Source of the DNA: a virus
Reading direction: 5' to 3' (one strand)
Virus record (IMG/VR): IMGVR_UViG_3300021964_000022
Coordinates: 32,001-96,000 of that record
Length of the DNA stretch: 64,000 nt
This document shows, piece after piece, positions 10,601 to 18,851 of the stretch. Each line of letters begins with the position of its first letter. Positions within the stretch are counted from its first letter, which is position 1. The position numbers and the translations under genes are program-made. Below the pieces are notes generated by a model. The model did not search any database and had not been told where the DNA came from. It saw only the letters and a list, made by a program, of their open reading frames with translations.

Positions 10601-10981
10601 ACTTGGTGCATTCGCTGATGGATTAAGTTGACCTGTGTCAACATCTGCTCTTACTACATATGCTCTGCTCGCTACGCCTAAGTATGAGTAAGCCGCTTGT
10701 AGTCCATATTCATTAAGCTCTCCGCCATGAACTGGATTGTTATTTGAATCAATTTGAAAGCTAGGGTCGCCAAATAAATCTGTTAGCTCACGCTGTGAAG
10801 TAACCAAGAAAGGTTTTCCAGCATTTGCTTTTGTAGTCGCTGTAGCAGTGCCTGTTCCTGCACCGTTTGTTTTGTCTTGTCCAGATACTACAAAGATCAT
10901 TGGAACTGTTCCCGGCTCTGCAGGGGTGTAGAAACTTTCGTCTATTACACTAACCTGTACACCTGGTGATACTAATGCCAT
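7688..10981 (-). CDS. gp18: Contractile tail sheath protein (gp18-like) with large central insertions
   Basis: N-terminal MALVSPGVQVSVIDES; C-terminal PWFAPAG.RRG, RD.LY...INPI, G.KT, DRINV.RL, FEPND..TR and VVCDESNNTP..IDRNEL.VDI.I.PVKA.EFI. Confidence 0.97.
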   Translation of the reverse strand: MALVSPGVQVSVIDESFYTPAEPGTVPMIFVVSGQDKTNGAGTGTATATTKANAGKPFLVTSQRELTDLFGDPSFQIDSNNNPVHGGELNEYGLQAAYSYLGVASRAYVVRADVDTGQLNPSANAPSANPADGTYWLDTQISRYGIFEWNGNGITTTGGQTFTNKVPTVITDKSKLVGGDATSNPKPSIGAIGDYVLVATTTWNRLYYKNADNAWVKVGSSAWANSWPTIQGSVASASATFTIGDAIDINSTRVAFTGTTLTQVVADINVVTATTGITAKVQDNKITLFSNGTEADDSSGANLTLSNDTGTPLTTLGLTAGSYYAPALSIAPHTSVPEFKTTDTQSRPTGSIWFKTTDPNLGAKVRAKVWNDTTKLWVDSPVPMYADNMTALNTLDKTGGGQNLAVGTLYAQTNIGESSTSLFDFKIFRRISASPTTITSSAVTTGMFASGPHQFGIAETTVGSSTLSATKTVTLTLDGTSGDAETIAEGINGAGLTNVTASVDAQNRVVIAHSKAGDFRLINTATFLTTLGFSAFVDSNTGTPNLYSAPSGDSTFDFVATNWKVLSYTASEDAPNALAANGTLWYNSIVDEVDIMIHNGSTWVGYQDATSPVYNSDAAEKTDPAGPLVSATEPTKQSDGTALKTGDLWIDTADIENYPTIYKYNAATAKWNLVDEGDQTTEDGILFADARYGTNGANSATAASIADLMASNFLDFDAPDPALYPKGMLLWNLRRSGFNVKKFVRNYVNTANDNERFNDESMDAYYTHRWVTESANQEDGSGTFGRKAQRKVVVQALQALVNSNQDIRDDESRLFNVMATPNYPELIGEMIALNNDRGLTAFIVGDSPMRLTPDATSLNDWGNNVALAVEDNDNGLVSRDEYLGVFYPSLFTSDNAGNNVVVPASHGILRTFALSDQVSFPWFAPAGTRRGGITNASAAGYIDAEGEFVSVALNEGQRDTLYSLNINPITFLTGAGLVNFGQKTRARNASSLDRINVSRLVIYLRSQLNKLAKPFIFEPNDKITRDEMKQQVDALLLELVGQRALYDFLVVCDESNNTPNRIDRNELHVDIAIEPVKAVEFIYIPLRLKNTGEIAGL

Positions 10982-11015
10982 TATATTTCTCCTGTACGCA
11001 TTTTGTTATTACATG

Positions 11016-11023
11016 TATTTATA
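11016..11023 (-). promoter_or_regulatory. Exact T4 late promoter TATAAATA for the sheath/tube unit
   Basis: Minus-strand TATAAATA about 35 nt upstream of the sheath ATG, with an AGGAG RBS in between. Confidence 0.8.
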
Positions 11024-11098
11024 CGTTGTATGATAAAAAGTCCTATAATACACCTAATAAAAGGGGCCAAAAAGGTTGCCTTTTGATTAAATACATGT

Positions 11099-11437
11099 AT
11101 GAGACCACTATGTCAATGCGGTTTTAGACCTGCCGCTGTAAACTATAAAAAAGGTAAGAAAACTTACTATCGTAGGCAATGCGAAGTGTGCCTACATCAC
11201 GGTAAAATAAAATACGGTATACCTAGATGGATACAAGCAGGTTATAAAAAACAATCAATATGCGAAAAATGTGGATTTAAGTCTACTAGTGAAAAACAAT
11301 TAGATGTATTCCATATAGATGGTGATATGAATAATTGTAGACACAATAATTTAAAAACAGTGTGTGCTAATTGCCAACGGGTGTTGTATCAAGAAGGCGT
11401 GAAGTGGAAGCAAGGTGACCTTGTACCAGACTTTTAA
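11099..11437 (+). CDS. Zn-finger/HNH-family protein
   Basis: CQC, CEVC, CEKC, LDVFHIDGD..N....NL...CANC. Preceded by TTAAATA-CATGT-ATG. Confidence 0.75.
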   Translation: MRPLCQCGFRPAAVNYKKGKKTYYRRQCEVCLHHGKIKYGIPRWIQAGYKKQSICEKCGFKSTSEKQLDVFHIDGDMNNCRHNNLKTVCANCQRVLYQEGVKWKQGDLVPDF

Positions 11438-11993
11438 GCTGATCTATAGTACCATTGTTATCAACAACATAATTAAAATCTACGTTTGCCCATTTCCATT
11501 CTGAAGGATGTGCTTCTTTAGGTTCAACACCAATGTCTTGATACATACGGAACCATACAGGATCTGGACCTCTGCGTATGCGCCAAACTTCGCCGTGTAT
11601 ACTTTTAATCATATTTGCTTCATTGTCAAACCGTACATCAGGTATTACAAAGTTTGTGTTAGGATTATCAACAATATGCTTCTTAACTAAACTAACCCAT
11701 ATTCCGTCATAGAATCCATTACGCATACATTCTGTACCGAATAATTGTAATATTGATCTAGGAGTAACAGTTGTACCTGTTTCAGAAGACCAAAACTCAT
11801 CTTTGCGTTCTCGCCAAACTCTACTACTATCTGTATCGCCTTCGAGCATTTCTCGATCCCAACCAAATACAGTAGCTACACCGTCTTTAAGTTTATCTGC
11901 AAAAGATAGTTTTTGATATCCGTATTGTTCTACAAGTATGTCTGCAACTGTTCCTTTACCGCTACCGATTAACCCACATATACCTATGATCAT
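11367..11993 (-). CDS. Deoxynucleoside monophosphate kinase (T4 gp1-like)
   Basis: MIIGICGLIGSGKGT P-loop, SFAD.LKD, TPR.ILQLFGTE.MR, VIPDVRF.NE, HPSE and NNGT. Confidence 0.92.
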   Translation of the reverse strand: MIIGICGLIGSGKGTVADILVEQYGYQKLSFADKLKDGVATVFGWDREMLEGDTDSSRVWRERKDEFWSSETGTTVTPRSILQLFGTECMRNGFYDGIWVSLVKKHIVDNPNTNFVIPDVRFDNEANMIKSIHGEVWRIRRGPDPVWFRMYQDIGVEPKEAHPSEWKWANVDFNYVVDNNGTIDQLKSLVQGHLASTSRLLDTTPVGN

Positions 11994-12018
11994 AAAAATT
12001 CCTTATTGTTAAACTTAC

Positions 12019-12047
12019 ATTATACAATAGATTTATTCGAATGTCAA
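12019..12047 (-). promoter_or_regulatory. Perfect sigma70 consensus (early) promoter for the dNMP kinase gene
   Basis: Minus strand TTGACA-17 nt-TATAAT (TTGACA 12047-12042, TATAAT 12024-12019), then AAGGA RBS and ATG 11993. Confidence 0.88.
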
Positions 12048-12054
12048 GTGTTTT

Positions 12055-12813
12055 TTAACCGATTGTGAATCCGTAGCCAACGCCGCCGGCAACTTGTAGT
12101 GCCACATCAGCTTCAAGTTTTTCCATTTCAGCTTGTGCTTCAGCTTTGAGTGCGTCACCATTAAGTGCTGAACCGCCTTGTGGACCAGCAATAGTAGCAA
12201 ATTTGCTACGTGCTTCACCTAGCATAAACTTACATCCTGCAAGTGTATAATCTTTAATCCACTGTACAGCTAGGTAATCTTTTAATAATTCTTCATCTGG
12301 TCTGTAGTTATACGCATAAAGTAATAGTTCTTCTTCTGCTCTAGGTCTTTGAAGCATAGTAAGTTTCTTTGTTGTAGTATTCCAATTAAATTCAATAAAG
12401 CTACCAAACATTCTACCTACTAGTTCTTGATAACTTGCAAATTGATTATATGTAGCAAGTCCGCCTGTATTACTACTTGCTAACAAATATGTATTTGTGT
12501 ATGCTAAATTGAAAGGTTCAAACAGTGTGCCGCCATCGCCGCCGCCTGTACGTGAACCAACTGATCTTCGAAATATTTTTCGTACTTCAATAACTTCATT
12601 TGGTAAGGTGTATTCGTTTTGGTCAATTACTGTTGGAAGAAATAGATATGATTCTTCTACACTATTATCAGACTTTTGACGGAACTTTGTGAGTGCCTTT
12701 GTCAATGCTGTTTCATAATGTATAGGATCTAGTTCAACATCAACCATTCCTCCTCCGAGAAACGCCTCAACGTAGTCAAATACTTCTTTTTTTTGTGTTT
12801 TTAAGTCGGCCAT
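12055..12813 (-). CDS. gp13: Neck protein (T4 gp13-like)
   Basis: LG...VDVELD, W.KDY.LA..K..LGEARSKF..I.GP.GG..LNG..LK.EA. The likely start is MADLKTQ at 12813, with an AAGGA RBS. Confidence 0.85.
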   Translation of the reverse strand: MADLKTQKKEVFDYVEAFLGGGMVDVELDPIHYETALTKALTKFRQKSDNSVEESYLFLPTVIDQNEYTLPNEVIEVRKIFRRSVGSRTGGGDGGTLFEPFNLAYTNTYLLASSNTGGLATYNQFASYQELVGRMFGSFIEFNWNTTTKKLTMLQRPRAEEELLLYAYNYRPDEELLKDYLAVQWIKDYTLAGCKFMLGEARSKFATIAGPQGGSALNGDALKAEAQAEMEKLEADVALQVAGGVGYGFTIG

Positions 12814-12833
12814 AGCTCTTCCTTTTGATATAG

Positions 12834-12854
12834 TATTTATCGTTACGATAAATA
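12834..12854. promoter_or_regulatory. Back-to-back divergent late promoters forming a perfect inverted repeat
   Basis: TATTTATCGT-T-ACGATAAATA gives GATAAATA on each strand, facing gp13 (minus) and gp14 (plus). Confidence 0.8.
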
Positions 12855-12859
12855 TGTGT

Positions 12860-14023
12860 ATGCCAAGACTATCATTATATAAACCAGAAAAGGGCAAAGA
12901 TTACAACTTCCTAGACAAAACTATAACAGAAATGTTTACAGTTGGAGGAACAGACGTATTTTTGCACAAATATTTAGGACCTAAAAACCCTGATGAAGCA
13001 GATGCTACCGCAGGTACGCCTCGGTATGATGCTGTCAAAGAAACCAACATTCAGGATATGATATTTCTTGAAAACAGAGATCGAAAATACGACCCAGATG
13101 TGTATACACTTCGTGGTATTTACAATGTTCAAGATGTTGATTTCGATCTAAGTGCATTTGGATTATTTTTACAAAATGACACGTTGTTTATGACTGTACC
13201 AATTAATTACAGTGTAAGAGCAATTGGTAGAAAAATTATGCCAGGTGACGTTATAGAATTACCTCACATGAAAGACGAATATGCGGCGAACGATTACAAT
13301 GTTGCATTGAAAAGATTTTATGTTGTAGAAGATATAAACAGAGCAAGTGAAGGATTTTCACCTACATGGTACCCTCACTTGTATAGACTAAAATTAAAAC
13401 AGATTGTTGACAGTCAAGAATATAAAGAAATACTTGACTTACCTGCTGAAGAAGGTAGTAGTCAAAGTTTACGTGACGTGCTTAGTACATATGAAAAAGA
13501 AATGCAAATTAATAATGCTGTACTTGCTCAAGCAGAAGCTGATGCTCCAAAATCAGGTTACGATACATCACATTTATATACACTACAAGTCGACGATAGC
13601 GGGCGTCCGGAAGTAGTTACAACTGATATTACAGATGTTGATGCCAGCGTTGATACAACAAACTTCGATGCAAGTAGACTAGATCAAACTCCAGAACGTG
13701 AAGGATACACTGGTTACCTTATTGGTGACGGTATTGCACCTAACGGAGAAGCATTTGGACACGGAATTAGTTTTCCAACTTCAAGTGTTAAAGGCGATTA
13801 TTTTTTAAGAACTGACTATATGCCAAATAGATTATTTAGATACGACAGTCAAAGATGGGTTAAGATGGAAGATGCAGTACGTATGACAATGTCAAATACA
13901 GATACACGTAAAACACAAAAAACTGACTTTATCAATAATACCGCAACTAATACTATTAGCGGTGAGCAGGTTGAAGAAAGACAAAGTTTAAGTAAGGCGT
14001 TAAAGCCTAAGGCGGATAATTAA
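12860..14023 (+). CDS. gp14: Neck/head-closure protein (T4 gp14-like)
   Basis: IQD..FLENRDRKYD, DLS.FGLFL..D and PGDVIELP; located between gp13 and gp15. The likely start is MPRLSLY at 12860, 5 nt after ATAAATA. Confidence 0.7.
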   Translation: MPRLSLYKPEKGKDYNFLDKTITEMFTVGGTDVFLHKYLGPKNPDEADATAGTPRYDAVKETNIQDMIFLENRDRKYDPDVYTLRGIYNVQDVDFDLSAFGLFLQNDTLFMTVPINYSVRAIGRKIMPGDVIELPHMKDEYAANDYNVALKRFYVVEDINRASEGFSPTWYPHLYRLKLKQIVDSQEYKEILDLPAEEGSSQSLRDVLSTYEKEMQINNAVLAQAEADAPKSGYDTSHLYTLQVDDSGRPEVVTTDITDVDASVDTTNFDASRLDQTPEREGYTGYLIGDGIAPNGEAFGHGISFPTSSVKGDYFLRTDYMPNRLFRYDSQRWVKMEDAVRMTMSNTDTRKTQKTDFINNTATNTISGEQVEERQSLSKALKPKADN

Positions 14024-15471
14024 TGCAACATTTTTATGATGGACAAATAAGAAGGTATCTTACTCAAATAATTAGACTTATGAGTAATTTCTCATACAAA
14101 GACGGTGACGGTAAACTTACACAAGTTCCTACAATGTATGGAGATATTACAAGGCAAGTTGCAAGTATTATACGTGACAATAGTGAAAACAAAATTCCAA
14201 GTGCTCCACGTATTGGTGTGTACATTCAAGACCTTGCAATAGACAGAGATCGTACTGCTGATCCAACGTATACAAGTAAAGTACATATTAGAGAACGTGG
14301 TTATGATAGCAACAATAACGAATATTTAAATACGCAAGGCAAGAATTATACTGTTGAACGACTAATGCCTACACCATATAATCTAACAGTTAAAGCAGAT
14401 ATTTGGTCAACTAATACAGATCAAAAATTACAAATTATGGAACAGATTTTAATGCTGTTCAACCCAAGTTTAGAAATACAAACAACAGACAACTACATTG
14501 ACTGGACAAGTTTAACTGTTGTAAATTTAGATAGTGTTACATTTAGTAGTAGGAGTATTCCAGTTGGAACAGAGTCTGAAATTGATGTTGGGTCATTAGT
14601 ATTTTCAACTCCGATTTACTTGTCGCCACCTGTAAAAGTTAAAAAGATGGGTGTTATTACTAATATTGTGATGAGTATATTCGATGAAAGTAACGGAACA
14701 ATTAATTTAGGCAATTCAGGACCAAGCCTAAATGCATACAATGATAGTGCTAGTTTAGAATCAGGAAGTAAAATAGTTGAAAAAGCCGATGGTACAAAAG
14801 AACCTACTACAACTAAAAAATCTAACGAAGAAACTTTAGTATCAAATACATATCAAAACTATGATCTTATTGTATTAGGTAATATTGCAACACTTGGACG
14901 CAAAGGTCAGACTGGTGTTGAGGAATGGGCTAACTACTTCAAAGCAGTACCAGGAATGTATAATGCTGGAGTAACACAACTACAATTAAAACGCACAGAC
15001 ATTGCATCAAGTGTAAACGGTACAGTTGCTATTAACGCAAGTGACCCTACACAATTAATAGTTAATTGGGACGCAGATACAATTCCTAGTAATACAGTTA
15101 TTGAAGGACCAACAAAAACTTCTGGTACAATCGATTACATTATCGATCCTATGAAATTTAATCCGGCACAGTCTAAAGCAAACGGCATTAGATTATTAAT
15201 ACTAAGTGACATTGGTGCAAAAGATAATACTGATGGACCAGATGCATGGAAAAATGACAATAATACTGATTTTATTGCAGGTGCTAATGATATAATTGAA
15301 TGGAATGGCACTGCATGGGAAGTAATATTTGATGCTAGTGCTAACAAATCTGATAACGTTGTATATACGACAAACTTAAATACCGGTGTACAATACAAGT
15401 ACGCTAACGAAGAATGGGTACTGAGCTTCGAAGGTGAATACCAAAACGGAACCTGGCGTATAGTACTCTAA
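14023..15471 (+). CDS. gp15: Tail sheath stabilizer/terminator (T4 gp15-like) with C-terminal extension
   Basis: MQHFYDGQIRRY, VP.MYG, P.PYNL.....IW..N..QKLQIMEQIL..FNP. Confidence 0.8.
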   Translation: MQHFYDGQIRRYLTQIIRLMSNFSYKDGDGKLTQVPTMYGDITRQVASIIRDNSENKIPSAPRIGVYIQDLAIDRDRTADPTYTSKVHIRERGYDSNNNEYLNTQGKNYTVERLMPTPYNLTVKADIWSTNTDQKLQIMEQILMLFNPSLEIQTTDNYIDWTSLTVVNLDSVTFSSRSIPVGTESEIDVGSLVFSTPIYLSPPVKVKKMGVITNIVMSIFDESNGTINLGNSGPSLNAYNDSASLESGSKIVEKADGTKEPTTTKKSNEETLVSNTYQNYDLIVLGNIATLGRKGQTGVEEWANYFKAVPGMYNAGVTQLQLKRTDIASSVNGTVAINASDPTQLIVNWDADTIPSNTVIEGPTKTSGTIDYIIDPMKFNPAQSKANGIRLLILSDIGAKDNTDGPDAWKNDNNTDFIAGANDIIEWNGTAWEVIFDASANKSDNVVYTTNLNTGVQYKYANEEWVLSFEGEYQNGTWRIVL

Positions 15472-15484
15472 AATAAGTACTAGC

Positions 15485-15925
15485 ATGCCAGATATATCAT
15501 GTAGTGGATCGTTAATTTATTCTTTAGAAACTAAACGTTTCTTAATGCTTCATAGAACAAAAACAAAACAAAACAATGTTTGGGGCCTTGTAGGCGGAAA
15601 AGGCAAAACAGCCGAAACCCCTTGGAAGACACTTGAACGTGAGATCAATGAAGAACTAGGATTCAATCCAGAGATTATAAAATCTATACCTTTAGAAACT
15701 TTTGTATCAAATGATGAAAGGTTTAATTTTCATACATATTTGTGTGTTGTTAAAAAAGAATTTATACCAATACTCAACGACGAACATGATGGTTATGCAT
15801 GGGTAAGTTTTGGCAAGTGGCCAAAGCCGTTGCATCTAGGCTTACGCAATACTTTGCAAAGCAAACAAAACATTACAAAATTACAAACAGTATTTGAATT
15901 AATAACGATATTAGAAAATGAATAA
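15485..15925 (+). CDS. NUDIX hydrolase
   Basis: Nudix box WGLVGGK....ETPW..LEREINEELG and LNDEH.GYAW. Preceded by ATAAGTA-CTAGC-ATG. Confidence 0.9.
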   Translation: MPDISCSGSLIYSLETKRFLMLHRTKTKQNNVWGLVGGKGKTAETPWKTLEREINEELGFNPEIIKSIPLETFVSNDERFNFHTYLCVVKKEFIPILNDEHDGYAWVSFGKWPKPLHLGLRNTLQSKQNITKLQTVFELITILENE

Positions 15926-17081
15926 AGTATTAGTGATCGGCGATGTCATTATTGACAAATATATTTACGGTACGTCTACACGTATCAGCCCAGAAGCACC
16001 TGTACCTGTAATAACTTACATTGATGAAAAAGAAACAAGAGGCGGTGCAGGACTTGTATATGAAAATTTAAAAAGTTTAGGTGTTGATGTTGATATGTTT
16101 GAAACACCTGGAGACATTAGTGTTAAAACTAGAATAATCTGTGACGGACATTATATTACACGTATCGACGATGATGCATCGGCAAAAGGAATGGAAGTAC
16201 TAAAACAAGTACAAGAAACTGATTTTTCACAGTACGACTATGTTGTACTAAGTGACTACAACAAAGGTGTGTTAGATGAAGCAAAAGATATTATTGCACA
16301 CATTAACAAGTATAATTGTAAAGTAATTGTTGATCCAAAAGAAAATGCTTGGTTCTACGAAAATGCTTGGTTAGTAAAACCTAACTACAACGAATTCCAT
16401 GATTTAGGATTTAATGAATGGCAGGGTAATATTATTACAACTAATGCCGGTGAAGAAGTTATTGCACACATTGATGGTAAAAACTATGAGATCCCAGTTG
16501 ACAATTTAGAAGTAGCAGACGTAACAGGAGCCGGTGATTGTTTTCTAGCTGGGTTTGTTTATGCACTTACACAAGGATATGATTACGAAACTTGTTTAAA
16601 AATTGCTGTAAAAGGATCGTCTGAAAGTGTAAAACATAGTGGTACATATATCCTTACAAAACATGATGTCGAACATACAACAGTGTTTACAAATGGTTGT
16701 TTTGACATAATACACAAAGGACATATTGAATTATTGAAATACGCTTCAACACTAGGACATGAATTAATTGTAGGTTTAAACAGTGATGCAAGTGTTAAAA
16801 AATTAAAAGGTGCAACTAGACCTTACAATGATGAAAAAACAAGATACGAAACTCTTTTTTCTTTACCATTTGTTAAAAAAGTGGTTGTATTTGATGACGA
16901 AACACCGTATAATATAATAAAACAAATTAAGCCTAAGTACATTGTAAAAGGCGGAGATTATACTATAGAAGAAGTTGTAGGACACGATTTAGCAGAAGTT
17001 AGACTATTTCCTACAGTTGAAGGCTACAGTTCAAGTTATACAATAGAGAGAATGAATGAAAATATTAGTAACAGGACATAA
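15918..17081 (+). CDS. hldE: Bifunctional heptose-7-phosphate kinase / heptose-1-phosphate adenylyltransferase
   Basis: PfkB kinase motifs VIGD.I.DKY.YG...RISPEAPVPV, SDYNKG, VDPK, DVTGAGD; C-terminal FTNGCFDIIHKGH, VGLNSDASV..LKG..RP and KGGDY. Confidence 0.93.
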   Translation: MNKVLVIGDVIIDKYIYGTSTRISPEAPVPVITYIDEKETRGGAGLVYENLKSLGVDVDMFETPGDISVKTRIICDGHYITRIDDDASAKGMEVLKQVQETDFSQYDYVVLSDYNKGVLDEAKDIIAHINKYNCKVIVDPKENAWFYENAWLVKPNYNEFHDLGFNEWQGNIITTNAGEEVIAHIDGKNYEIPVDNLEVADVTGAGDCFLAGFVYALTQGYDYETCLKIAVKGSSESVKHSGTYILTKHDVEHTTVFTNGCFDIIHKGHIELLKYASTLGHELIVGLNSDASVKKLKGATRPYNDEKTRYETLFSLPFVKKVVVFDDETPYNIIKQIKPKYIVKGGDYTIEEVVGHDLAEVRLFPTVEGYSSSYTIERMNENISNRT

Positions 17082-17892
17082 AGGATTTATAGGCCAAAAC
17101 TTAGTCTATTATTTTTTAGGTAAAGGTCATAAGGTTGACGGATTTGATTGGGTACCAAACATTATACCCGATGTTACTCGCTATGATTGGATAATACATC
17201 TAGGTGCTATAAGTGATACTACTGAAAAAGATGTAGATAAAGTTTGGGAACAAAATTTTGAATTTACAAGTAGACTAATACAAGTATGTGACCAATTTGG
17301 AGTTAATCTACAACTAGCAAGTACTAATGCAGTATACGGTCCTGGATTTGACGGCTTTAGAGAAGATTCAAAATGTTTGCCGCAGACACCTTATGCATGG
17401 AGCAAATACTTAATTGACAAGAGTATAAAAGATGTCGGAGTAGAAAATTTTTCAAATTTAGTGCAATCATTTAGATATACAAATGTATACGGTCCTGGTG
17501 AAGGACACAAGAAAAACCAAATGAGCATGATTAGTAAATGGCAAGACCAAGCCGCTCGCAACGGTAGTATTGTTGTGTTCGAAGATAGTGATACCTTTCA
17601 TAGAGATTTAATTTGCGTATACGATGTTTGTAAAATACATGAAGCAATGATGGAAAAAGATGTAAGCGGTGTATTTAACTGTGGAACTGGAAAAGCAGTT
17701 AATCTAGAAGAAACTGCTCAAATGCTTGCAAAGAAAATGAATGCTACAGTAATACACGAACCTATGCCAGTAACATTACGTCCCCAGTATCAACCATATA
17801 CAGAAGCAGATATGACACTAATACAAGAACATATTAAACTACCTAAATTTTGGTCAGTAGAGGAGTACTTAAATGATACAGGTGTTCGATGA
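17056..17892 (+). CDS. hldD: ADP-L-glycero-D-manno-heptose 6-epimerase-like SDR
   Basis: VTG..GFIG, IHLGAIS.TTE.D, YAWSK (YxxxK), RY.NVYGPGE.HK..M.S, RD.I.V.DV, FN.GTG and YQ.YT.AD. Confidence 0.88.
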   Translation: MKILVTGHKGFIGQNLVYYFLGKGHKVDGFDWVPNIIPDVTRYDWIIHLGAISDTTEKDVDKVWEQNFEFTSRLIQVCDQFGVNLQLASTNAVYGPGFDGFREDSKCLPQTPYAWSKYLIDKSIKDVGVENFSNLVQSFRYTNVYGPGEGHKKNQMSMISKWQDQAARNGSIVVFEDSDTFHRDLICVYDVCKIHEAMMEKDVSGVFNCGTGKAVNLEETAQMLAKKMNATVIHEPMPVTLRPQYQPYTEADMTLIQEHIKLPKFWSVEEYLNDTGVR

Positions 17893-18379
17893 TGTATTAG
17901 ATTATAATAGCTTTGAACATGCACAAGTTGCTGTTATGGAACAAACTCCATTTAAGTTTGGTTGGCGTGATAGACGTACTACCGACGAAGTTTATCTGCA
18001 CAGTAGACTAGATTTAGAAGCACTAAACGAACTTAACATATTGCCACATTTAACACATGAAAGGTATAAAAATTTTATAAAGCCTACATTATTTGACTTT
18101 GCTATTGTAAATTGTGACAATATAGGCAGTGTACATTATAGTCATACACACAAAGATACTAATGTATTTTTATTATATCTTAACGAAACATGGAATCAAG
18201 AATGGGGCGGAGAAACTTTATTCTTTGATCAGGAATCAGGTAAAGAAATTGAATTTGCGTGTACTCCTAAACCAAATAGAGCTATTTGGTTCGACGGTGA
18301 AATACCACATAGTATTAGAGCGCCAATAATAAACAAATGGAGATTTAGTATCTCATTATTTTTTAGGAAAGAACAATGA
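17873..18379 (+). CDS. 2OG-Fe(II) oxygenase
   Basis: HTH, LLYLN..W...WGGET.F, PNRAIWFDG.IPH and R.SI. Confidence 0.85.
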   Translation: MIQVFDDVLDYNSFEHAQVAVMEQTPFKFGWRDRRTTDEVYLHSRLDLEALNELNILPHLTHERYKNFIKPTLFDFAIVNCDNIGSVHYSHTHKDTNVFLLYLNETWNQEWGGETLFFDQESGKEIEFACTPKPNRAIWFDGEIPHSIRAPIINKWRFSISLFFRKEQ

Positions 18380-18786
18380 CACAGTTGACAGGTAAAGTAG
18401 ATAAAGGTTGGGGCTTTGAATTAATTTGGGCGACCAATGACAAATATTGTGGAAAAATTATGGTATTTGAAAAAGTTGGCAGTAAGTTTAGTTTACATTT
18501 TCATAAAGAAAAAGACGAAACTTGGTTTGTAAATAATGGAAGATTTTTATTAAAATGGATTGATACATCTAATGCACAACTAAATGAACTAGAACTAAAA
18601 GAAGGCGATACATGGCACAATCCTCCATTACAACCGCATCAATTAATTGCACTAGAAGCCGGAAGTAGTGTTACAGAAGTTAGTACTGCGGACAGTGTTG
18701 AAGATAATTATAGAATTGTTAGAGGAGATTCACAGTCAGTTGAAAACACTCCTACTCCAGAAGAACCAAAAAGCGAAACAGAATAA
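18376..18786 (+). CDS. Cupin (sugar isomerase-like)
   Basis: KGWG.E, YCGK, SLHFHKEKDETW.V, PHQL and EVST.D..EDNYR...GD. Confidence 0.8.
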   Translation: MTQLTGKVDKGWGFELIWATNDKYCGKIMVFEKVGSKFSLHFHKEKDETWFVNNGRFLLKWIDTSNAQLNELELKEGDTWHNPPLQPHQLIALEAGSSVTEVSTADSVEDNYRIVRGDSQSVENTPTPEEPKSETE

Positions 18787-18801
18787 TTAAAATTTAGATA
18801 T

Positions 18802-18832
18802 AAAAAAAGGAGCAATAAATGCTCCTTTTTTT
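18802..18832. terminator. Bidirectional rho-independent terminator
   Basis: AAAAAAAGGAGCA-ATAAA-TGCTCCTTTTTTT between convergent genes. Confidence 0.92.
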
Positions 18833-18851
18833 GTGATTCTGTAAAGAAGTA

